The notes under the pieces: model-generated
The model's input: the letters and a program-made list of their open reading frames with translations, nothing else
Told to the model about the DNA's origin: nothing
Database searches by the model: none
In this document: one piece after another, positions 1 through 5,084 of the stretch
Layout of the letters: the number at the start of each line of letters is the position of its first letter
How positions within the stretch are numbered: position 1 is the stretch's first letter
Program-made: the position numbers and the translations under genes
NCBI GenBank assembly: GCA_016840425.1
Contig: JAEOSI010000159.1
Location: 1 to 5,449, forward strand
Direction of reading: 5' to 3'
DNA: 5,449 nt
From: Candidatus Wukongarchaeum yapensis
GTDB taxonomy: Archaea; Asgardarchaeota; Wukongarchaeia; Wukongarchaeales; Wukongarchaeaceae

Positions 1-207
1 TTTTAAACCGCTTCTGTGGAAATATTTTCTGGTAAAAAATCGTATCAATCGTTTTGAAAAAAACTCTTCCTCATCAGACCTGAAAGTGATATTTGAACCA
101 TCTATAGCAACTTCTGCAATTCCTTGAAACTTTTCTTTAAGATAAGAAAAAAGTTCGTCTTGATTATTGCCAGGCAACTCTTCAACCTGTAAAGAATATT
201 CATTCAC
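1..207 (-). CDS. rpl22e: Ribosomal protein eL22 (L22e)-like, N-terminal 69 aa; runs off the left edge
   Basis: Hand translation from GTG at 207: MNEYSLQVEELPGNNQDELFSYLKEKFQGIAEVAIDGSNITFRSDEEEFFSKRLIRFFTRKYFHRSGLK, open to base 1. FSKRLIRFFTRKYFHRSGLK matches the eukaryotic eL22 signature [20 protein letters not shown] (recalled), and ELFSYLKEKF matches the FEQFLQERI helix. SD-like GGAG lies 10 nt upstream, and an in-frame TGA just upstream bounds the ORF. Not in the supplied ORF track. Confidence 0.78.
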   Translation of the reverse strand, partial: MNEYSLQVEELPGNNQDELFSYLKEKFQGIAEVAIDGSNITFRSDEEEFFSKRLIRFFTRKYFHRSGLK

Positions 208-301
208 TTTTCCACAACTCCTTTGAAAACCTCAAAAAATTAAAACCCATTAAAGGAAATCGACCTATTACGCAATTTAACAAAACATAGTGTAATTTTA
301 G

Positions 302-320
302 GATTATAACTTTTATAATC
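302..320. promoter_or_regulatory. Perfect 8-bp inverted repeat GATTATAA-ctt-TTATAATC overlapping a probable BRE/TATA (minus strand ATAAAAG-TTATAAT) of the eL22 gene
   Basis: Arms at 302-309 and 313-320 read directly. It lies 36 nt beyond the purA stop and about 100 nt upstream of the eL22 start. Function is inferred. Confidence 0.4.
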
Positions 321-355
321 ACAGCATAAATTAAAATCTTTGTATTTTATTAAAA

Positions 356-1369
356 TTATAACTTTTCTGATCGTAAATCAACTATATCTTCTACAGAAGG
401 ACCTACTCCAAGGAGGGTTACTGGGACTCCTGTGGCTTCTTCTACCTTTTCTATGAATTCTAAAGCTTCTTTTGGAAACTCATCAATGGTACGAGCATTA
501 GCACACTCTGAAAACACTATATCCATCTTGGTTATCGCGATTTGTGTAGCGCTATTGATCATAACAGACCTTTTAGCCAAGTTAAAGTTGAAAGGTGCTG
601 ATCGCCTAATTCGCCCGGTGACGGTTGCACGTTCAAGCCATCCACGCCTTTCTGCTTCTTCAACGGATAGTTCGCCTTCAAGGGGTCCCCCACCCACTCG
701 GGTTATGTAGGCTTTAAACACTACGATAACTTCATCAACTTTTAGGGGGCCCACTCCGATATCAGAGCAAAGGGCTGAAGCGCCAGTATCCTTAGACGTG
801 ACATAAGGGTAAGTTCCATGGAAAAGGGATAGAAATAGGGCTTGTGTTCCCTCTAATATAACATCTTTTCCCTCATCTATTGCAGTGTTAACTTCAAGGG
901 ATACGTCTGCTAAAAACTCTTTAAGTTCCGGGATATCCCTTGCAAGTTTAAGGGATCTTCTAACTCTTTCCACGTTAGCTGCACCACAACCAGTTTTTGT
1001 ACTCCCAATTTTTTTCGAGAGATGAGCGCTTTCTTCCTCTTCTTTGATGTGTTTTTCTTCAATTATTCCACAACAAAAATCTAAGCCAACACGGTCACGC
1101 GTATCTGTAACCTCTACCTCCTCCAAAAAAACACGAGGGTTTACAAGGACACCAGGCCCTATCAATAACCTTGCCTTATCCTGAACAAACCCGGAAGGTA
1201 TTTGCCTGAGACCATAAGTTTTTCCCTTCCAAACCACGGTATGACCCGCGTTAGGACCAACGCCCCCCCTCGCAATAATTGAAGGTTTATCATGAAGGGC
1301 AAGATATGAGATCATCTTACCTTTACCCTCATCACCCCAAAATCCACCAACAACACAAATAGTAGCCAA
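356..1369 (-). CDS. purA: Adenylosuccinate synthetase, short (~340 aa) archaeal type
   Basis: Conserved PurA motifs in order: WGDEGKGK, GPNAGHT, GSTKTGCG, EGTQA, GTYPYVTS, TVTGRIRR, TKMD, GVGP. The ORF track starts at 1381, but TTG at 1369 (MATICVVGG...) has an SD-like GGTGA just upstream and fits the usual PurA N-terminus length. Confidence 0.97.
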   Translation of the reverse strand: MATICVVGGFWGDEGKGKMISYLALHDKPSIIARGGVGPNAGHTVVWKGKTYGLRQIPSGFVQDKARLLIGPGVLVNPRVFLEEVEVTDTRDRVGLDFCCGIIEEKHIKEEEESAHLSKKIGSTKTGCGAANVERVRRSLKLARDIPELKEFLADVSLEVNTAIDEGKDVILEGTQALFLSLFHGTYPYVTSKDTGASALCSDIGVGPLKVDEVIVVFKAYITRVGGGPLEGELSVEEAERRGWLERATVTGRIRRSAPFNFNLAKRSVMINSATQIAITKMDIVFSECANARTIDEFPKEALEFIEKVEEATGVPVTLLGVGPSVEDIVDLRSEKL

Positions 1370-1466
1370 AACTATCACCACTCATAGAAAACACGAATAA
1401 GCTACATTAATAATAAAAACAAAAAAAGTTTACCGACGAAAAAACTAATGCATTTTAAAAAAGTCA

Positions 1467-1480
1467 CTTAAACCCTTTTA
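1467..1480 (-). promoter_or_regulatory. Possible BRE/TATA for purA (minus strand TAAAAGGG-TTTAAG)
   Basis: Purine-rich BRE-like run followed by a T/A box about 100 nt upstream of the purA start, resembling the motifs at 2205-2220 and 4077-4093. Confidence 0.35.
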
Positions 1481-1502
1481 AAAGTTCCCCAAAACCAGTT
1501 AT

Positions 1503-2105
1503 CTATCTATCACTATTTTTGTTTAAGGGCTGGTCGAGCGATATGTCGGCACATTTTTCAATATCTAATGATACTGTTTCTAAACATTTCAGAATAATGA
1601 GTGTAAGTATTGCGAATGGTTCCGCGATATTTTGCCCTGTTTTTGCTGAAGTTTCATAGTATGCACTGAATTTCTCCTTCACAACTAGTGAATCTATAAC
1701 AGACCGATCAACTGCTCTAGACTCTTTTTTATCTGCTTTATTTCCTACCAAAACCCTTGGAATACCTTTCACGTTTTCCTTGATAACTTTCAACCAATCG
1801 TAAATCCTTTCGAACGTAGCATAACGCGTCAAATCAAAAATAACCAAACATCCTAAAGCGCCTTTACAAAAATCAGGCAAAAAGAATCTAAACTGCTCCT
1901 GACCCCCAAAATCCCAAATCTGAAGGTTAATGATCCTACTGGACGTGCTAACAGTACGGGTGGCAAAATTAATTCCGACTGTTGCAGGCGTTTCTCCAAT
2001 TGAAACAGGCGAGCCTGTAAAGCCATTGATAATTGTAGTTTTCCCAACACCCCCCTCACCGCATACAACGATTTTTAACGTCAATACCGTTTCACATAAA
2101 GCCAT
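1503..2105 (-). CDS. Ras-superfamily small GTPase, Rab-like (Asgard-type)
   Basis: G1 GEGGVGKT, G2 T(VG), G3 WDFGGQ, G4 NKAD, G5 ETSAK. Rab-family motif equivalents are VGINF, NLQIW, QFRFFL, FCKGA and VIFDLT. There is no C-terminal CAAX/CC/CXC. Confidence 0.93.
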   Translation of the reverse strand: MALCETVLTLKIVVCGEGGVGKTTIINGFTGSPVSIGETPATVGINFATRTVSTSSRIINLQIWDFGGQEQFRFFLPDFCKGALGCLVIFDLTRYATFERIYDWLKVIKENVKGIPRVLVGNKADKKESRAVDRSVIDSLVVKEKFSAYYETSAKTGQNIAEPFAILTLIILKCLETVSLDIEKCADISLDQPLNKNSDR

Positions 2106-2187
2106 ATCATTCCACTATCCATATTATGTGAGATTTGATTTCTGCAAGACGATTAGGGCGTTACTAAAATTTTTGCATCCTTGCTAG

Positions 2188-2220
2188 AACGCTTTATAAC
2201 TATTATATATAACGCTTTTA
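2188..2220 (-). promoter_or_regulatory. BRE-TATA promoter of the GTPase gene (minus strand TAAAAGCG-TTATATA) with a second AAAGCGTT copy 23 bp away; may also serve the divergent nucleotidyltransferase gene
   Basis: AACGCTTT direct repeat at 2188-2195 and 2211-2218 flanking TTATAACTATTATATAT, in the gap between divergent genes. Confidence 0.55.
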
Positions 2221-2428
2221 TTAGATTTAATTATTTCTCAAGTTTCTTGGCCATTAGGGGGCCTAGATATTGGATCTGGTTTTATCTTGGTTGATGTGAA
2301 GTTTGCTGACTTATTCGTTAAACGGAAATTCGTGAAATATTTCTGAATATTTAGGTTTTCATGATTTTTTTATCTTATGAAGATGTCAATAAAGGGGCAA
2401 AAGATACATAAAAAGGGGAGAATTTTTA

Positions 2429-3331
2429 TTGATAAATGATAAAAAGAATGCTTTTTTGGGCGTATTTGGTATGTTGAGTTTTAATATGCCGAAAAATGTT
2501 GAAAAAAATGGAAGGGTAAGAGGGTATGTTGATGCTTTGATTGATTTTTTTCGCCGATATATGGGGGAAAATCTGGTAAGCGTTATCCTTTTTGGGAGTT
2601 ATGTTGAGGGGGAAGTTTCAAAACATTTAAGCGATGTTGACATGATAATTGTTGTTGATGGAAAACTTGATAAAAAGCTTATAAAAAAGGCAAGCAACTT
2701 GATAAAAATTTTAGAATTAAAATATGGAATATCTAACAACTGTTACAGTTTTTTTGATAAGTTTTTACACGCTTTAGAAAAGGGTACAGGGATGTTCATC
2801 TCCCACTTTATCTGCAAGTATGACGATTTCGTAAACGGCAACTTCAGCGGTATTTTTTCCACGAATCGTATACTTTCAAAGGTTTTAGCTCCCTCAGAAA
2901 TAGTTTTAGCAACCTTTCAAAAGAAAGCGCAAACTATCTGGGGAAAGGATCTATTAAACGAGATGAGAAAACCGAAAATAACCATTATTCAACTGATTAA
3001 GAGTTGTTATATGAACTTTCTTCTAAGTGTTGGCGCCTTGATTATAAGCCCTTTTAGCAAAAAGGCGATAAAGTTTTCAATGGAAGCTGTGAAATGGAGC
3101 CTTCACAGTTGTAGCTTTTGTGCAACAGGAGAAAGTAAAGCCGTGGAAAAAGAAGGAAAAAACTTCATTAAAAACGGAATCTGCGAAAAACATATCAAAC
3201 GGCTAATAAGCCTAAGAAAGAAAATGGCTACAGATATTAGATTTGTATTAAAGACACCGATAACTGTCCTAAAAATCCATCAAACCACATTAAAAAAACT
3301 ACGTAACCAAAAAAAGAGACAGAAAAACTAA
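2429..3331 (+). CDS. Pol-beta-superfamily nucleotidyltransferase (MNT/KNTase-like N-domain) fused to a helical C-terminal, possibly HEPN-like, domain
   Basis: The hallmark hhFGS...SDhD motif is present (VILFGSYVEGEVSKHLSDVDMIIVVD), followed by about 200 aa that look largely helical. The start is uncertain: TTG 2429 has GGGGAG 8 nt upstream, while ATG 2486 (MPKNVEK) is an alternative. Confidence 0.8.
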   Translation: MINDKKNAFLGVFGMLSFNMPKNVEKNGRVRGYVDALIDFFRRYMGENLVSVILFGSYVEGEVSKHLSDVDMIIVVDGKLDKKLIKKASNLIKILELKYGISNNCYSFFDKFLHALEKGTGMFISHFICKYDDFVNGNFSGIFSTNRILSKVLAPSEIVLATFQKKAQTIWGKDLLNEMRKPKITIIQLIKSCYMNFLLSVGALIISPFSKKAIKFSMEAVKWSLHSCSFCATGESKAVEKEGKNFIKNGICEKHIKRLISLRKKMATDIRFVLKTPITVLKIHQTTLKKLRNQKKRQKN

Positions 3332-3389
3332 AGTTAATCGGTCAAAGCAGTTTTTGAAATTGTTAAGGTTTTTCGTGGGGTAAAGTTTC

Positions 3390-3953
3390 TTGCAGATACA
3401 CTCCCATCTCGCGTGTGGAATAATATTAACAGCTTTTCTCAACCACTTTTTTAAAATAGGATTAATTGAGATAGCAGTTGTTCTTATTTTCTCAGTTTTT
3501 ATAGATCTAGACATTATTATGACCTTTTATTCTGAGGAAAAAAACCACCGGAAATTTTTAACTCATACGCCAATTTTTTGGATAGCGATTCTTTCTCCCT
3601 TGCTTCTTTTCTCTGAAAAAGCATTATTTGCAATTTTAGCAGTCATACTCCACATATTCTTGGACTATTTAGATTGGGGTATCATGCTTTTCTATCCTTT
3701 AAGCGATCGCTTTTACGGTGGCATAATCCGCACAGATTTCCCAGACCAAAAACTTTCAAAACCCGAAATAGAGATTTACATTGAAGCCTATATACAAAAC
3801 AAAAAAATAATGAATTTAGAAAAAATCTTAGGAGTCCTACTCTTCTTATCGCTCCTAGCCTTTGCTCAAAATCTTTTATGGCTCCTAATCCTCTACCTAG
3901 CCGCTTTAGCCTCCTTTTTCCGGTATATAAAACAAAAAATCAATAAAAAGTAA
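3390..3953 (+). CDS. YdjM-like (DUF457) membrane-bound metal-dependent hydrolase
   Basis: Family motif order: N-terminal HxH (IHSH), IDLD (PDhD-like), HRKFLTHT (HRxxTHS-like), HIFLD, GIMLFYP, separated by hydrophobic TM-like segments. TTG start with GGGGT upstream. Confidence 0.82.
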   Translation: MQIHSHLACGIILTAFLNHFFKIGLIEIAVVLIFSVFIDLDIIMTFYSEEKNHRKFLTHTPIFWIAILSPLLLFSEKALFAILAVILHIFLDYLDWGIMLFYPLSDRFYGGIIRTDFPDQKLSKPEIEIYIEAYIQNKKIMNLEKILGVLLFLSLLAFAQNLLWLLILYLAALASFFRYIKQKINKK

Positions 3954-4047
3954 TATACAAAACTAAAAGATAGGACAAACACGCTCTTCAATACGATAAT
4001 TGATCCTATAACAAAGACTTTTTGTAATAAAACAAAAAAAGAAAAAC

Positions 4048-4068
4048 AGCAAAAAATTAATTTTTGCT
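4048..4068. promoter_or_regulatory. AT-rich inverted repeat AGCAAAAA-attaa-TTTTTGCT immediately upstream of the thioredoxin promoter
   Basis: Perfect 8-bp arms at 4048-4055 and 4061-4068. It could be a transcription-factor site or part of a terminator for the upstream genes. Confidence 0.35.
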
Positions 4069-4076
4069 CGTTAATC

Positions 4077-4093
4077 TAAAAGCGTTTTAAATA
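4077..4093 (+). promoter_or_regulatory. BRE-TATA promoter of thioredoxin (TAAAAGCG-TTTTAAATA)
   Basis: Archaeal BRE + TATA arrangement, 15/17 identical to the GTPase promoter motif on the opposite strand. Confidence 0.55.
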
Positions 4094-4118
4094 GATTTTT
4101 AATGACTCCTAACCTTAT

Positions 4119-4151
4119 GGCCTGAGACTATATTAGCAATAGTCTTTGGTC
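4119..4151 (+). promoter_or_regulatory. 13-bp RNA hairpin at the predicted 5' end of the thioredoxin mRNA
   Basis: GGCCTGAGACTAT (4119-4131) pairs with ATAGTCTTTGGTC (4139-4151): 10 Watson-Crick pairs, 2 G-U and 1 U-U, with a 7-nt loop. The wobbles only work on the + strand. Confidence 0.4.
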
Positions 4152-4195
4152 TTTATTAGCGATAGAATATTGATTGTTTTGAGGAGTGTGCAAGT

Positions 4196-4699
4196 ATGAG
4201 TGAGAAAAATGAAGAGGATTTGGAGCTTGAGAAGATAAGGGCTAAGAAGCGGAGGGAGATTTTTAAGAGGCTTAGTTTGGAAGCAGAAAAAGCAGGTTCT
4301 GAAGAAGAGGTTTCGGAAATATCAAAGCAGGTTGTTATGCCTGAGGGTGTACTCTATTTAACTGAGAAAAACTATGGGGATGTGGTTCAAAAGTTTTCTA
4401 TTGTTATCGTAGATTTTTATGCTGATTGGTGTGGCCCGTGTAAAGTCATGGAGCCTGTTCTTGAAACTTTAGCCCGGGATTATGCGGGTAAGGTAGTTTT
4501 TGCAAGGTTTAATGTTGATACGAGTTCTGTAATTGCTTATAGAATGGGGGTTACAAGCATCCCTACTTTCATGGTATATTTCAATGGTAAACCGGTACAG
4601 AGGATAGTTGGAGCAGTTGGAAGGCCGGGATTAGAAAAGGTCATCATGGCACTATTAAGAAAAATAGAAGAAGAGGAAAAGAGGAGTATAGAGGAATAA
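4196..4699 (+). CDS. trxA: Thioredoxin with an N-terminal charged helical extension
   Basis: VDFYADWCGPCK active site, NVD, SIPT cis-Pro loop and FNG; SD GAGGAG 9 nt upstream; ~48-aa N-terminal extension containing DLELEKIRAKKRREI. Confidence 0.92.
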   Translation: MSEKNEEDLELEKIRAKKRREIFKRLSLEAEKAGSEEEVSEISKQVVMPEGVLYLTEKNYGDVVQKFSIVIVDFYADWCGPCKVMEPVLETLARDYAGKVVFARFNVDTSSVIAYRMGVTSIPTFMVYFNGKPVQRIVGAVGRPGLEKVIMALLRKIEEEEKRSIEE

Positions 4700-4732
4700 C
4701 TAAGGAGAATGAGTAGAAAAAGGATAAAACAT

Positions 4733-4886
4733 GGATAAGGGGAGTAGGGGCCTCCTCTCCCGGTTGAGGTCGGGAGCTTCCACTGGAACTCGGGGTTGAA
4801 GAGCGTGTAGCACGGAGCTACAATATCCTTAAAGCTGGGCCATGACAGCCCCAGAGTACGCTATGGCGGCTTTCCCCAGTTTTTCC
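4733..4886. ncRNA. Unassigned GC-rich structured element, candidate non-coding RNA (strand undetermined)
   Basis: 84 of 139 bases at 4739-4877 are G/C (~60%, hand count) against AT-rich flanks. The ends pair (GGGGAG 4739-44/TTCCCC 4872-77; GCCTCC 4750-55/GGCGGC 4865-70) and enclose at least four compatible hairpins. No recognisable tRNA, 5S, SRP or RNase P signature. Confidence 0.55.
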
Positions 4887-4889
4887 ACT

Positions 4890-4910
4890 TGTTTGAACAT
4901 TTTTCAAACA
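4890..4910. promoter_or_regulatory. Perfect 8-bp inverted repeat TGTTTGAA-cattt-TTCAAACA (operator or terminator hairpin)
   Basis: Arms at 4890-4897 and 4903-4910, between the GC-rich element and a minus-strand TTTTAAAT box at 4920-4927. Confidence 0.4.
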
Positions 4911-5084
4911 CTGTTTCAAATTTAAAAGTTAACCTGCTCACTGCCCTTCCTGTATCACTCTTTAAAATAGAGCGGTTTTAGAAGCAATATTCTTGTGAAC
5001 TAATCCCGCTATTTCAGAGATCTTCGCCGCTCGCCCGCTGAATCGCTAAAAGTTCACTGTTAATTGGGGAAGTTTTGGAATAGT

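Noticed and set aside
432-710. 92-aa + strand ORF from the track
   Set aside because: Entirely antisense within purA, Ser-rich and with no family motifs; a shadow ORF.
1853-2068. 71-aa minus-strand ORF from the track
   Set aside because: Alternative frame inside the GTPase gene, with no recognisable motifs.
1930-2187. 85-aa + strand ORF from the track
   Set aside because: Mostly antisense to the conserved GTPase G1-G3 region; a shadow ORF.
2335-2352. AAATATT-tctg-AATATTT inverted repeat
   Set aside because: All A/T arms in very AT-rich DNA; not distinguishable from background.
3299-3514. 71-aa minus-strand ORF from the track
   Set aside because: Antisense to both the nucleotidyltransferase end and the YdjM-like start; no motifs.
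4731-4832. 33-codon + strand frame with in-frame TGA giving U-R-A-C (UxxC selenoprotein-like motif), followed by ATGA and a hairpin
   Set aside because: Too short to fold as a redox domain and has no clear SD. The downstream AUGA hairpin lacks the 3' GA of the SECIS kink-turn core and the apical AA. Most likely chance within the GC-rich element.
4737-4877. yybP-ykoY (Mn2+) riboswitch, suggested by the 5' AAGGGGAGTAG and an internal CAATAT
   Set aside because: The conserved 3' AGACC strand is absent, and the element lies downstream of a gene on this strand with no regulated gene following.
4739-4878. tRNA (including tRNA-Sec or intron-containing) or 5S rRNA: paired GGGG/CCCC ends, a variable-arm-like GAGCTTCCACTGGAACTC-GGGGTT, and minus-strand GCCGCCATAGCG resembling a 5S 5' end
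   Set aside because: No TTCRA T-loop, no 7-nt anticodon loop on a 5-bp stem, no clear bulge-helix-bulge, and no 5S loop C (CCGAAC) or loop E motifs.
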